Positions 27,453 through 37,917 of a stretch of 64,000 nucleotides of DNA are shown piece after piece. Positions within the stretch are counted from its first letter, which is position 1. Every line of letters starts with the position of its first letter. This DNA is from a virus (Duplodnaviria > Caudoviricetes): IMG/VR virus record IMGVR_UViG_3300028326_000328, positions 8,331-72,330 of that record. The stretch is one strand, 5' to 3'. The notes under the pieces are model-generated. The model worked only from the letters and a program-made list of their open reading frames with translations, ran no database searches and was not told the origin of the DNA. The position numbers and the translations under genes were made by a program.

Positions 27453-30400
27453 CTATGCCATCCGCAGCCCTCGTCCGCGCTGTTGGCGGCGGGTCAGGCT
27501 GGCGATCTCCACGGCCAGCGCGAAAGCATCCTGCTTATCGTTGATGTAGAAATTGCTGCCCGCGAAGGAGACGGTGTTCTGGTTGGTGTAGGTACGGCGG
27601 TTGTCGCTCGTGGAATAAGCAATGGCCCCTTCTTTTGCCGCACCCGTCAGGAAGCGCGTCGCGTTTCGGAGGACTCTTGCTTGCGCTTTGCTCTCCAGCA
27701 GCGCGCCCAAGCCGAGGCCCTTCATGGCCATGCGTCCAATCTCATCGCGGAACACGCCGGAAGGAGAGTTGATTTTAAGTTCGCTCTTGGCAGCGAGCAC
27801 GGCAGCGCGGGCAGCAGCGCGCATCGCGGTGACTACGCCGGAGCGCCCGGCATTGATGCCTGCCTGAAGCCCCGCCATGGCGTTGAGGCCAATGGAACGG
27901 AGCGTGGCAATGGTCAGGCTACTTGCTACGGCGCTTTTCACATTGGCGGCAACCGTGGTGCCGGTGCCCGCCATGCTGTAGGAGGACATGGCGTTGGCCA
28001 GCCCCTCCGCCGCACTGGTGCCAAGTGTGGAGAGCGTATTGCCTGTAATGGCCGATGTCAGAGCGGCCTCAAGGCTGGCGGCTACGGCCAAAGCATCCGC
28101 AGACAGGTCGTATTCCGTCATGCCCGCGCCGACGCCAGCGGCCACGTATTCGCCGACAGGCTTTACGCGCGTCGAGGGCGACTCAATGCCCAGCGCCTGA
28201 TTGAGCGCGGCTTCCAATTGCGAGGCTACCGTCTCGGCGTCCGCATCCCATCCGGCTTCGGTCATGCCCTGCGCGACGCCTGCCCGGATGTTTTCACCGG
28301 TGCCGGTAAGCTCAAGGTTGTTCAGGAACGCAACGATGTTCTGGAGGTTTTGAATGTCCTCTTCGCTGACTTCCTCGCCGTTCTGGATTGCCGCCACCAG
28401 TTCCGCGACGTAGGTGGAGAAGTTGGCCATGTTGTCGCCGGAGAACTGTTGATTCATACGCTTGTCGATGCCGGAGATCGTGGCATCGTCCAGCAAGCCC
28501 CACAGGGAAACCCAGCTGCCCTTGTTACGCTCGAACGATTCCAATTCACCATTGAAGCCGTTCATCCAGGTCAGCAGATCGGAACCCAAGAGTCCATTGA
28601 GCCAGCCCCAATCGCTGTGTGACTGTTTTCCAAAGAACTCCGATGTCACATACTTGGTGGTAACCCCAGCAGCTGCCTTCTCCACCGATTCAGCGGTACC
28701 CTCGATCTGCGGGGTAATAAGCACATGCAGGGTGCCGTCCGCGTCATAGGCGATCAGGGTACTGGCATCGATCTTGCTGGCCGGGACGAGGTTGACCGGA
28801 ATCTCCTTGCCGCCCTCCCAGAAGGTGGCGTTCGGATCATCCAGCACCTTGGAGGGATCGTCGTATTTTTCGCCCACACGCACAATACCGGTCAGCGTCA
28901 CGGGATTGTTGGCCACGAACTCATTGTAGGCGGTTAAGTCATAGCCCACGATGCCGATCCGGCTCTCGATGTAGCTGGGCTTCGTCACGCCTTCCTTATC
29001 TTTATAAGCGGTGATGATCGCCTCAAGCTCGGCTTTGAGCGCAGTCTTGTCCACGTCCGTAGCGTCCGCATAGGCTGTGACGATTGCGTCGATCTGTGGT
29101 TCGGAGAGCTTGGAAACATCGATGTTCTCCGCGCTCAGATACTTCGTGACCATGGCGGCCACGTTGGTGGGAGTCAAGCTCGCGGTGGACGCGCCGCCCG
29201 TGACCTCTTCATAGGCCAAGACAAAGGCGGTGATACCTTCCGGCTTGAGGCCGTCCGTGTTGGTTTCCGATTCCTCCAGATACTTTGAGATGTAGGCCGT
29301 GATCTCGGCGGGAGTGAGCGTGCTGGTGTCCGCGCCGGTGGCCAGTTCCTGATAGGCGTTCACCATGGCGGTCACATGTTCAGGGGTCAAGCCAGACACA
29401 TCCGCGCCGGTCACTACCTCGGCATAGGTGCTCACATAGGCCAAAAGGCCGGTGGGCGTGAGCGACGCCGTGGAAGCCCCCTCGGGGATTTCCGTATACT
29501 CGTTGATGAACGCGGTGACCTTCGGCTCCAGACGCAGTACGTTCTCGGCCTCCGTGTATCCGTCGATGACCGCCTGCGTGGTAATGACACCCGGATTGGA
29601 GGCAAACTCATCCCACCGCGCCTGCGCGCCGGTCATGTCGAGGTCTGTGGTGATCTTGAGCATTTCTTCGGGCACGGCCTCGGAGAAGATGCCGCTGAGG
29701 CCGGTCAGCGTGCCCTTGTGATCCTCGACAAACTGCGCCAAGGCGGCAACCTGTTCCATTTGCTTGGAGACATCGATCTCCGGGAACAGCGCCTGCACCT
29801 CGGCTTCGGTCATGCCGCTGTCCATCAGCGACTGGATTTGCGTCAGGACACCGAGATACTCGACCAGCGCCGCTTCGTCCATGTCCGCCGTCAGGGCGTT
29901 CATTTCCTCCAGTGCCTTGGCCATGCCCTGCGTATCGTTGTTGGCGGCGGCGATGCTGTAATCCCGGAGCTTACCGGTCAAGGTGTCTAGGTCTGTGCCC
30001 GCCTGCTGGATGTCCGCCTGATTCCAGACAGGCATGACGATTCCTTGGAGCGTCTTGGCGTATTCCTCGGCGGCAGCTTTCCGGTTCTGGTTGTACTTGT
30101 CGTTGAGGTCGGAGAGCGCCTGCTGCTTTTCAGCACCGTCCTCCATCAGCGCAATGAGGGCGTACTCCTTGTCGTACTGCGCGTCCAGTTCGGTGTTGAC
30201 GGCGGCCATGCCTTCGGCTGCGGCAACCATGGCGCTTTCGTACACCGAGGCATCGGCGTCAACTTGGCCACGGGCATGTGCGCGGGCGACCTCGGCCTCC
30301 AGCTTCTGGCGAATGGTTTCAAAGCCGTCCGCTTCGAGGGGCGAGAGTTTGTACTTGACCTCGATGGCCTCGCGGGCGTCGATCAACTCCTGCAGGCGCA

Positions 30401-32843
30401 CCTTGTCCTTCTCGGTGAAATTCTTGTTCTTCCGCTTCTTCAGGAGCCGTGCGATTTCCGTGTCCATCTGGTCGAGCTTGGCGATGTCCTTCTCAAGCTG
30501 AGAAGAAACCGAGGTGTACCCGGCCTCCTTCGCGGTTTGGTTCAACGCCTGAAGCTGCTCACGGGTGGAGCCGGTCAGGGCTTTGAAGCTCTCGATCCAT
30601 TCGGAGGCGATCTCATCGGTTTCTCCTTTGCCATCCGACCATACGGTCAGCAGCCCGGAGAGCCAGCCCTCGGCGTCCCGTGCAGTGCGCACGAAGTCCT
30701 CTTCGGACATACCAAAGAAGGACAGCCCCTTGCCGGAACCGTAGAAGGTATCGGCAGCGCTATTCTTCCATTTGTCCGCTGTCTTGCTTATGCCCTCGAG
30801 GGCTTCGCGGACAGCCTTGGCACCGGAGGCGTAATCGTACAGCTTGACCGCGCCGTAGATCAGCGCTGCAGCCAACGCGGCCACAGCCAGCTTAGAGGAA
30901 AAAAGCGTCTTGACAAAGCCGGTGAACCCACCGCCCGCCAGCTTAACGCTCGCGGAAAACTTGCCGATGCCAATGCTCGCCTTGCCCAGCACAGAAGTGA
31001 CCTTGGATACCGCGCTGAACGTTTTGCCCAGAACGAGGATGGCCGGGCCAGCGGCGGCGGCAAAGGCCGCGAACTTGATGATGGCCATGCGCTGGCTCTC
31101 GTCCATGCCGAGGAAGGATTGCAGAAGCTCGTTTCCCTTGTCAATTAGCTTCTGGATGGTCGGGTTCAGATCGTCGCCGATCTGCTGCGCAAACAGCATC
31201 GCTGTGTTTTTGAGGTTGGTGAGGCGGCTCTTAGTGGTAGCATACCGCTTGTTGGCCTCCGTGGCGAGTGCTGTGTTTTCTGCCCACGCCTTATTGGCGG
31301 TGTTCTGTGTTTTGGTGAAAAGCTCGGTGGCGTTGGTGGCGCGCAGCAGCGTATCCCGCAAACGCACCTCCTTGATGCCGATCTCCTCAAGCGTGGCAAT
31401 GGCCGATTCGCCTTCATCGTCCATACGGCTGAGGCCCACAATGAACGCTTGGAAGGCAGCGGCGGGATCGTTGTCCCACAGCTTTTTGAACTCCTTCGCG
31501 GTCATGCCGGACACCTTGCCGAAATCATCGAGCGCCTTGCCGCCTGTTGCGGCGGCGACTTCCATTTTGATCAGCGCCTTGGAAAAAGCGGAGCCACCCA
31601 TCTCAGCTTCGATGCCTACCGACGAGAGGGCAGCGGCGAAGCCCAAAATCTGCGATTCGGACAGCCCGACCTGATGACCGGCAGCCGCCAGACGCATGGA
31701 CAATTCCATGATTGCGGATTCCGTGGTCGCGTAATTGTTGCCGAGGTCGACCAGCGCGGAACCCAGATTGCTGAACTGCGATTGATCCATACCGGTGATG
31801 TTTGCAAACTTCGCCAACGTGGAGGCCGCCTGATCCGCGACAATGTCCGTGCTGTTGCCGAGGTCAATCATGGTGCGCGTGAACCCGACGAGATGCTTGT
31901 TGGCGATGCCCAGCTGGCCCGCAATTGCCATGACCTCTGCAATGTCCGCACCGGAGGTCGCAACCTCCGTAGACATCTTCTTGACCGAATCGGACAGCGA
32001 ATCGAACTCTTCCTCGGTGGCCTCGACGGTTTTCCTGACGCTGGTAAAGGCGCTCTCGTAATCGATGCTGGCCTTGACGGCGGTCGCGCCCAGTGCCACG
32101 ATGGGCGTGGTGATGGCGGCGGTCATGGCCTTGCCCGTCTTGGTCATGGCCTTGCCGATGGTTTCGGCCTTTTTGGAGAAAGCCGTCAGCGACTCGCCCG
32201 CCTTCGTCCATTTGGACTCCATGCGGTAGAGCGCCTCGGTCAGCTTCTTGATCTCGGCTTCGGTTTCCCGGACGGCGGCCTTGGCGTTGTTCAGATCGGT
32301 GGTCGCCTTGGAAACAGCATCGGCGTTGTTTTGAAGCGTTTTGCTGTTGGATTTGATCTGGCCTTCCAGCAGCTTCACCTTGTCGCGGGCGTCCTGAAAC
32401 TCCTGTTTGTAGCGCTCCAGATTGGCCTTGGCGGCGATGGTCGCTGAATCGTTCTCGCCCAGCGACGAGGCCAGCCTTCGGTATTCCTTGGCGGCATTGC
32501 CCACCTCGGTTTTGAGGCGGGTATACTCTGCGCGGGCTTCGGTCAGGGAAGCCTTCATCTTCTCCTGACGGGCATAGGAATCCGTCAGCTTCTGATTGGC
32601 CGCAACGAGCGCGCGGGAGTATTGCTCCACGGCACGGTTCTGCTGGGTGAGCTTATTGCCCAGCATGGACAGCTTGGCCTCGGTGCCCTTGACCGACTTT
32701 TCAAACTTGTCGATGCCCGAACCCGCCAGCCGGAAGGTGCTCTCGGCCTCCTTGATCTGCTGATTGATGGTGCGCATGTTGCGCGAAAAATTATCGCTGT
32801 CCAGCGACAGCGCGACCACCAACTCGCGCAAGACCTCGCTCAC
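27453..32843 (-). CDS. Tape measure protein (TP901 family core), 1796 aa
   Basis: N-terminal LRELVVALSLD, coiled-coil, IDYESAFTSVRKT...AGQLGI...LGNNYATTE core, C-terminal INSPS.VF. Confidence 0.95.
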   Translation of the reverse strand: MSEVLRELVVALSLDSDNFSRNMRTINQQIKEAESTFRLAGSGIDKFEKSVKGTEAKLSMLGNKLTQQNRAVEQYSRALVAANQKLTDSYARQEKMKASLTEARAEYTRLKTEVGNAAKEYRRLASSLGENDSATIAAKANLERYKQEFQDARDKVKLLEGQIKSNSKTLQNNADAVSKATTDLNNAKAAVRETEAEIKKLTEALYRMESKWTKAGESLTAFSKKAETIGKAMTKTGKAMTAAITTPIVALGATAVKASIDYESAFTSVRKTVEATEEEFDSLSDSVKKMSTEVATSGADIAEVMAIAGQLGIANKHLVGFTRTMIDLGNSTDIVADQAASTLAKFANITGMDQSQFSNLGSALVDLGNNYATTESAIMELSMRLAAAGHQVGLSESQILGFAAALSSVGIEAEMGGSAFSKALIKMEVAAATGGKALDDFGKVSGMTAKEFKKLWDNDPAAAFQAFIVGLSRMDDEGESAIATLEEIGIKEVRLRDTLLRATNATELFTKTQNTANKAWAENTALATEANKRYATTKSRLTNLKNTAMLFAQQIGDDLNPTIQKLIDKGNELLQSFLGMDESQRMAIIKFAAFAAAAGPAILVLGKTFSAVSKVTSVLGKASIGIGKFSASVKLAGGGFTGFVKTLFSSKLAVAALAAALIYGAVKLYDYASGAKAVREALEGISKTADKWKNSAADTFYGSGKGLSFFGMSEEDFVRTARDAEGWLSGLLTVWSDGKGETDEIASEWIESFKALTGSTREQLQALNQTAKEAGYTSVSSQLEKDIAKLDQMDTEIARLLKKRKNKNFTEKDKVRLQELIDAREAIEVKYKLSPLEADGFETIRQKLEAEVARAHARGQVDADASVYESAMVAAAEGMAAVNTELDAQYDKEYALIALMEDGAEKQQALSDLNDKYNQNRKAAAEEYAKTLQGIVMPVWNQADIQQAGTDLDTLTGKLRDYSIAAANNDTQGMAKALEEMNALTADMDEAALVEYLGVLTQIQSLMDSGMTEAEVQALFPEIDVSKQMEQVAALAQFVEDHKGTLTGLSGIFSEAVPEEMLKITTDLDMTGAQARWDEFASNPGVITTQAVIDGYTEAENVLRLEPKVTAFINEYTEIPEGASTASLTPTGLLAYVSTYAEVVTGADVSGLTPEHVTAMVNAYQELATGADTSTLTPAEITAYISKYLEESETNTDGLKPEGITAFVLAYEEVTGGASTASLTPTNVAAMVTKYLSAENIDVSKLSEPQIDAIVTAYADATDVDKTALKAELEAIITAYKDKEGVTKPSYIESRIGIVGYDLTAYNEFVANNPVTLTGIVRVGEKYDDPSKVLDDPNATFWEGGKEIPVNLVPASKIDASTLIAYDADGTLHVLITPQIEGTAESVEKAAAGVTTKYVTSEFFGKQSHSDWGWLNGLLGSDLLTWMNGFNGELESFERNKGSWVSLWGLLDDATISGIDKRMNQQFSGDNMANFSTYVAELVAAIQNGEEVSEEDIQNLQNIVAFLNNLELTGTGENIRAGVAQGMTEAGWDADAETVASQLEAALNQALGIESPSTRVKPVGEYVAAGVGAGMTEYDLSADALAVAASLEAALTSAITGNTLSTLGTSAAEGLANAMSSYSMAGTGTTVAANVKSAVASSLTIATLRSIGLNAMAGLQAGINAGRSGVVTAMRAAARAAVLAAKSELKINSPSGVFRDEIGRMAMKGLGLGALLESKAQARVLRNATRFLTGAAKEGAIAYSTSDNRRTYTNQNTVSFAGSNFYINDKQDAFALAVEIASLTRRQQRGRGLRMA

Positions 32844-32916
32844 TCAAATCACCTCCTGGCAGTGGACCTTCCACCGGCCAAAATGAAAAAGCCGGGAACG
32901 ACTTGCGCTCTCAGCC

Positions 32917-33186
32917 TCAAGGTTTCAAACTCGTCCACACCTGATCGATATAGGCAGGTCTGGGTGTGTTTTTGATCTTCGCCTGCTGCGCGTCCCAAGC
33001 CCGGAGGCGCAGGAAGCCCAGCATATCCATCTCGTCAATCTCCCGCATGCGCCAGCCGCTTTTCAGCAGCGCATTGAAAGTTTCATATATGTATTCCGGC
33101 AGCGTCAGAAGCCCGGAATCTCCTCGTCCTCCGTCTGGGCTTTGAGAAGCTCCTCCGCTTCCATCGTCACCGGCTTCGTAGGGAAA
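32917..33186 (-). CDS. Tail assembly chaperone GT extension (-1 frameshift product)
   Basis: The -1 frame is open from T-TTC-CCT (33186-33180) through LTLPEYIYETFNALLKSGWRMREIDEMDMLGFL...AYIDQVW to TGA at 32917. Confidence 0.7.
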   Translation of the reverse strand, partial: FPYEAGDDGSGGASQSPDGGRGDSGLLTLPEYIYETFNALLKSGWRMREIDEMDMLGFLRLRAWDAQQAKIKNTPRPAYIDQVWTSLKP

Positions 33187-33509
33187 GCGTCCAACACCTC
33201 TGTCGTTTGTGTCTGCACGGCCATGAGCGCCAGAGCGATGTCATGCATCAGCCGGTCGGCGGGATAGAAATCGTACACCTCGTCAGGGCTGAATTGGCCG
33301 CCAAAGAGGATGCAGAACCACTTGACCATGGTGTCGAGGGCATCCGCGACGGTGACCTGCTCACCCGACACGTCCTTGCCCTCGGTAGCGTCGCGGGAGA
33401 TGCGCACGAGGTTGCCGTACATCCTCGAGGCCGGTTCCATCTCGCGCAAAGCGCGACCAGATACAAAATCCACGGAATATTTCTTTTCTCCGAGCGTACA
33501 GGTGATCAT
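33105..33509 (-). CDS. Tail assembly chaperone (G-like)
   Basis: Lies between the major tail gene and the TMP; ends after DAFPT. Confidence 0.8.
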   Translation of the reverse strand: MITCTLGEKKYSVDFVSGRALREMEPASRMYGNLVRISRDATEGKDVSGEQVTVADALDTMVKWFCILFGGQFSPDEVYDFYPADRLMHDIALALMAVQTQTTEVLDAFPTKPVTMEAEELLKAQTEDEEIPGF

Positions 33510-33576
33510 TTGGGCATCGTCCTTTCATCTAAGTAGGAAGCCGCCGCGTGGAACATCTCCGCGCGGCGGCCATGGG

Positions 33577-34188
33577 TTACGGGCCGGGTGTGAACACCGG
33601 CTCGTAGACGCTTTGGAGGAAGGTCGCGCCCTTGGCGGCGGTGAATCCATTCTCACCCTCGTCGGCGACCGCCTGATATTGACCGTCGTGGGTGCGCTTG
33701 ATAGCCACCCATTCCACCTCACCGGTCTGGCGAGTGATGGTACCGCCCTCTTTGGTCTGGTAGGTCTCCGCGACCGGTTTGGCCCTGACCTTGTAGAGCC
33801 ACACATAACGGAACTTGCCGTTCGACTTCTCACTCATGAAGCCCACAGCGTAGTACGGCGGTTTATCGTTGGCCTTGCGGATCAGCACGCCGTTGTCATC
33901 GATGATGTTGCCGAAAATCTGCTCTTGGATGGTGAGCGGAATGTCGGCCATCTTGGTTTTGAAACTGAGCTCGGGATCGGGGTACAGCACGTCGAACTCG
34001 ACATCGTCTGCGTATTGCACGTCCGGGTCGGAATTTTCCGGGGTCACGGAGGCTTCAATCGCACCCGCCACCAGTTGGAGCGGGCCGTAAGCCAGCGCGG
34101 CTTCCGTATCCTCGGTCAGCGGAGCCAACACCATGTTTTTGAGGCCGACCGTGGATGCCACAGCCGGGGACGCAACGGGATTAGGCAT
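33577..34188 (-). CDS. Major tail protein (phi13 family)
   Basis: VGLKN, YADD, AVGFMSEKSNGKFRYVWLYKV. Confidence 0.9.
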   Translation of the reverse strand: MPNPVASPAVASTVGLKNMVLAPLTEDTEAALAYGPLQLVAGAIEASVTPENSDPDVQYADDVEFDVLYPDPELSFKTKMADIPLTIQEQIFGNIIDDNGVLIRKANDKPPYYAVGFMSEKSNGKFRYVWLYKVRAKPVAETYQTKEGGTITRQTGEVEWVAIKRTHDGQYQAVADEGENGFTAAKGATFLQSVYEPVFTPGP

Positions 34189-34201
34189 AAAAAAAGACCT
34201 C

Positions 34202-34612
34202 CTATTTGTTGTTCAGTTCATTGTGCAGAACGCGCTTTATTTCTTCAAAGGCTTCGCTCGCCTTTACGTCAAAAGCCGGACGCACGAAAGGGTGCGCGGG
34301 CGCGGGGGCTGGCCCGCCGTGCCCAAACTCCACGGGGTTTGCGTAGTACGCGCTCTTGTCCTTGTAGTGGACGCCGACGGTGATCCGCTTGCCGCCGCCC
34401 GATTTCTTCTTGACCGAACCGGTTCGGATGGAGCCGTGCAGATCACCGGTGATGATCGCCGGGTCGGTGGAAGCGTTGTGGAGCATCTGGTTTTCGATAG
34501 GCACAGCGCCCGCTTCAAGTGCCCGATTGACGCCCGGCCCCTGATCCAGCGCAGCGGCCATGTTGATCAAATCATCCTTCAGATCGTCAAACCCGCGAAG
34601 CTCAATCGCCAT
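34202..34612 (-). CDS. HK97 gp10-like tail component
   Basis: ALEAGA, TGDLHGSI, VEFG, AHPFVRPAF. Confidence 0.85.
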   Translation of the reverse strand: MAIELRGFDDLKDDLINMAAALDQGPGVNRALEAGAVPIENQMLHNASTDPAIITGDLHGSIRTGSVKKKSGGGKRITVGVHYKDKSAYYANPVEFGHGGPAPAPAHPFVRPAFDVKASEAFEEIKRVLHNELNNK

Positions 34613-34967
34613 GCCGGGCCTCCTCCCGCAGGCACCACGTCCATTGCACGGTGTATTGCCGGGTTGCGGTATCGTAGGCCGGTTGATTGTAGCCCTTGTC
34701 CGATTCCTCGATCATGGCAAACCCGGCAGCGTACATCGCGCTTCGGATTCGGCCCGCTGTGTCTGTGGGATCAAAGTCACTCCACAGATTCAGGTACACG
34801 AAGGTCTTGTAGGCCGTGGCCTGATCGTCCTGATGCGCATCCTCTGTCGTGGTGGTCGAATAGACCGCATACTGCGCGGGCGGGTTCTGATTGCCGGGGG
34901 TAGGACGCCAGATACCGGCGAACACGGGGATGTTCAAGCCGGAGAGGGCCTGCTGCACCTGTTTCAT
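34602..34967 (-). CDS. Putative tail terminator / completion protein
   Basis: Position; start MKQVQQAL is translationally coupled to the upstream gene (TGATG). Confidence 0.65.
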   Translation of the reverse strand: MKQVQQALSGLNIPVFAGIWRPTPGNQNPPAQYAVYSTTTTEDAHQDDQATAYKTFVYLNLWSDFDPTDTAGRIRSAMYAAGFAMIEESDKGYNQPAYDTATRQYTVQWTWCLREEARHGD

Positions 34968-35323
34968 CAGCTGACCCCCTTCACGATGGATGCCTTGAGG
35001 CCGAGGTAGCGGCGCTTGAATTCGTACTCGCCCAGCGTGGAGATGAGCCACTTCTCGCCTCGGAACCGCACCCACATGCCCGGCTTGACGTCATCCCGAT
35101 AACGGATGGTGAAGTTGATGACAGCCTCGGCATTCACCGTATCCGCTGCGCGAAAGTGCTGGTTGCCCGCGTCCGTGGCCGCCGCCCAGACCTTGCAGAG
35201 CACGACCTCCTTGGGTTCCGGGTAGCCGTTTTCATTGATGCCGTTCTCGGTGTACCCGATTTCCACCAGATTGCGAAGGTCGCCCGGATGTGGGGCTGCT
35301 TCGAAGTTTTTATAGCCGCGCAA
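34967..35323 (-). CDS. Head-tail adaptor (head closure)
   Basis: PGDLRNLVEI, KVWAA, FTIRYR, GMWVRF. Confidence 0.85.
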   Translation of the reverse strand: MRGYKNFEAAPHPGDLRNLVEIGYTENGINENGYPEPKEVVLCKVWAAATDAGNQHFRAADTVNAEAVINFTIRYRDDVKPGMWVRFRGEKWLISTLGEYEFKRRYLGLKASIVKGVS

Positions 35324-35336
35324 GCATCCCCACCTC

Positions 35337-35621
35337 CTAAAACATCTGGCTCACATCGCGGTATGGGTAGAGCAGGTTCTCGAACGCAAGCCGCATGGCG
35401 AGGTATACCTGCTTGTCCGGGTTATCCCGGTTTTCGTAGTAATGGCTCGCCATGAGCAGCACGGCCAGCTGCACAGGTTCCGGCGCGACATCGTCAAACG
35501 TGACCCGGCAGAAATCTTCGGCGGCGGCCTGCGCCTGACGAAGAAGGCTTTCCAGATAGGCATCTTCATCGTTGTACTGGATGCGAAGATGGGCCTTGAA
35601 GTCCTCGACGGTTACGACCAT
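35337..35621 (-). CDS. Head-tail connector (gp6-like)
   Basis: FKAHLRI...EDAYL, AVLLMASHYYENR, LLYPYR. Confidence 0.9.
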   Translation of the reverse strand: MVVTVEDFKAHLRIQYNDEDAYLESLLRQAQAAAEDFCRVTFDDVAPEPVQLAVLLMASHYYENRDNPDKQVYLAMRLAFENLLYPYRDVSQMF

Positions 35622-35633
35622 TGGCTCACCGCC

Positions 35634-35900
35634 TTATTCGGCAGACTGGTTCCGCGCCTCGGATGCCATGACACCGGCGGCCTTCATGACCGTCAGCAGT
35701 TGGTTGAAGCTCTCGCGCAGCGCGGCGACCGTGGTGGCCTCGCTGGCGGGGATACAGGGCAGAACCGGTTCACCGGCAGCGGGTAGATCGAATAACCCTT
35801 CCGCGCCTTCAACCGTCGCACCGGGGAGAAAGGTCAGCTTGCCGCCGATGACCCATTCGTTCCCGCCGTGCGCGTGGAAGTTTCGGGTTGAGCTTTCCAT
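35634..35900 (-). CDS. Head fibre / decoration-like protein
   Basis: ASEATTVAALRESFNQLLTVMKAAGVMA; position after the capsid gene. Confidence 0.65.
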   Translation of the reverse strand: MESSTRNFHAHGGNEWVIGGKLTFLPGATVEGAEGLFDLPAAGEPVLPCIPASEATTVAALRESFNQLLTVMKAAGVMASEARNQSAE

Positions 35901-35956
35901 TGTGAACGACCTCCTTCAAAGGGAAGGGGCTGCCCTGCGCGGACAGCCCCCGTAGA

Positions 35957-37156
35957 TTAAGCAGACTTCATGGCCATCACCTTAACCGCTTCCGGCAGGA
36001 TGAGCTTGCCATCCACACGCTGTGAGGCAAGGAATCCGACCTGCCCGGTCGGGGCATAAAGCTCGTTGAGCCTTTGGAACTTGCGGCCTTCGCGGTCGGC
36101 GACCCAATAGTACGACAAGTCGCCGAACAGGATGGATTTCGCGGACGCTGCGATCTCCGGCATGAAGGACGAGGTATAGACCGGACGATTCAGGAGCGTA
36201 TCAGGCGTACCGGCAGTCACGGAGGGCTGCCAGATGTAATCGCCGTTCCCATTTTTCAGCTTGCGGAGCGCCTTCACGGTGCTGTCATTCATGATGAACA
36301 CCGACTGGCGGCGATACGGGGCACGCAGGGCATAGAACAAATCCATCACCTCGTCCATGGTGATGGCAGAGGCGCTGGCAGCGGTCACGCCGGTTTCCGC
36401 GCCGCCCGAGGTGGCCAGAATGCCCAGCGGTTTCCCGGTGCCGTTGCCGCTGAAGAACGCCTGCTCCTCGGCTGCGCCGATGCGGCGCGCGAATTCCGTG
36501 GCGATGTAGCTGGCAATATCGAACACGCTGTCGTGCAACAGCTCATCCGAAACCTTGATCATGGTCGCCAACTTGTAGGCACCAATGGAGGTCTGGCCGA
36601 AAACGTCGTCGCTCTCCGGGTAGGCGGCCTCCTCATCGATCCAAGAAGCGTTGCCCTTGGAAGCGACGACGGGAATCTTGCGGTCGCCGGAACTGGTCGT
36701 AATGACCTTCGCAAGCTGCCGGAAGATGTTCTGCTCTTCCAGCGCCTGCACCAAGGTGCGCTCGTATTCGTCAGGCACGAGGAATCCACCCTCGCTGTCG
36801 GTGCCGACCTGCAAGGCGTTGTACACCTCATGGGGCACGGATTTGCTGCGCATCAAGCGCCAGAACGAGGTCTTGTATTCGTCGCTGGCCCGGCCAGTCT
36901 TGGTGGAACCGTCGGTCTGCGGCTTGCCGGTCAGGGGCTTGGAAGTGGGCTGGTTCATCTCGCGGTCAATGGCCGCCTGACGCTCCAAGCGCTCGATTTC
37001 CTTGCCGAGGCTGACAACGTCGGCCTCCATTTTCTCGTAGGTGGCGTTATCCTCGACGGAGACCATACCGTCCTCACCGCGTTTGGTGTCCAGAAAAGCC
37101 TTCGCGGCATCCCATGCCTTGGCTCGCTTTTCGCGCAGGGCAAGAATCTGGTTCAT
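35957..37156 (-). CDS. Major capsid protein, HK97 family
   Basis: SEGGFLVP, WIDEEAA, GNGTGKPLGIL, LLNRPV, FGDLSYY, RVDGK. Confidence 0.95.
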   Translation of the reverse strand: MNQILALREKRAKAWDAAKAFLDTKRGEDGMVSVEDNATYEKMEADVVSLGKEIERLERQAAIDREMNQPTSKPLTGKPQTDGSTKTGRASDEYKTSFWRLMRSKSVPHEVYNALQVGTDSEGGFLVPDEYERTLVQALEEQNIFRQLAKVITTSSGDRKIPVVASKGNASWIDEEAAYPESDDVFGQTSIGAYKLATMIKVSDELLHDSVFDIASYIATEFARRIGAAEEQAFFSGNGTGKPLGILATSGGAETGVTAASASAITMDEVMDLFYALRAPYRRQSVFIMNDSTVKALRKLKNGNGDYIWQPSVTAGTPDTLLNRPVYTSSFMPEIAASAKSILFGDLSYYWVADREGRKFQRLNELYAPTGQVGFLASQRVDGKLILPEAVKVMAMKSA

Positions 37157-37170
37157 GTGTTTTCCTCCTA

Positions 37171-37917
37171 TCATTTCAAAAGCGACAGCCTTTTTTCAAG
37201 GTCTGCCGCTTTCACTCGGTTGTCCGGTGTGCTTGGTTTGGGGATTCGGGCGATCAGCTTGTCCAGCAGGCTGTTGGTGACGGCCCTGCGGGAGAAGGAG
37301 AAGCTGTTCTCCGGGGCGTTGCCCGGCGAGGAGCCGGACTGGAACATGATCTCATCGCAGAAGCCAAGCTCCTTCGCCTTGTTGGCGTTCATCCACGTTT
37401 CGCCATCCATCAGGTGGCTGAGGCGCGTGCGGGAGAGGCCGGTCTTGATTTCGTAGGCATTGATGATGCTCTCCTTCACCTCATCCAGCAGCTGGATGGC
37501 CTTGCGCATTTCCTCGCTGTCGCCCATGGCGATGGTCAGCGGATTGTGGATCATCATCAGCGAGGTCGGCGACATCAGCACCCGCGTTCCCGCCATGGCA
37601 ATGACCGAAGCTGCGCTGGCGGCGATGCCGTCGATTTTGACCGTGACGTCCGAAGGGTACTCCATGAGCATGTTGTAGATCTGCGAGGCGGCAATGCAAT
37701 CGCCACCGGGCGAGTTGATCCAGACGGTGATGGGGCCGGTACCCGCCAGCAATTCGCTCTTGAAGAGCGCAGGCGTTACATCGTCCTCAAACCAGCTGTC
37801 CTCGGCGATTGCGCCGTCAAGGTACAGCGTCCGGCTGTCCGGGGCAGTTTCATCCCGTGCCTGGAATGCGGCCTCCGCTTGGCAGGCGGCCTCCACCCAA
37901 TTCCAGAACCTTTTCAC
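37171..37917 (-). CDS. ClpP-type prohead protease
   Basis: VWINSPGGD, IDGIAASAAS, MMIHNP, ETWM. Confidence 0.95.
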   Translation of the reverse strand: MKRFWNWVEAACQAEAAFQARDETAPDSRTLYLDGAIAEDSWFEDDVTPALFKSELLAGTGPITVWINSPGGDCIAASQIYNMLMEYPSDVTVKIDGIAASAASVIAMAGTRVLMSPTSLMMIHNPLTIAMGDSEEMRKAIQLLDEVKESIINAYEIKTGLSRTRLSHLMDGETWMNANKAKELGFCDEIMFQSGSSPGNAPENSFSFSRRAVTNSLLDKLIARIPKPSTPDNRVKAADLEKRLSLLK

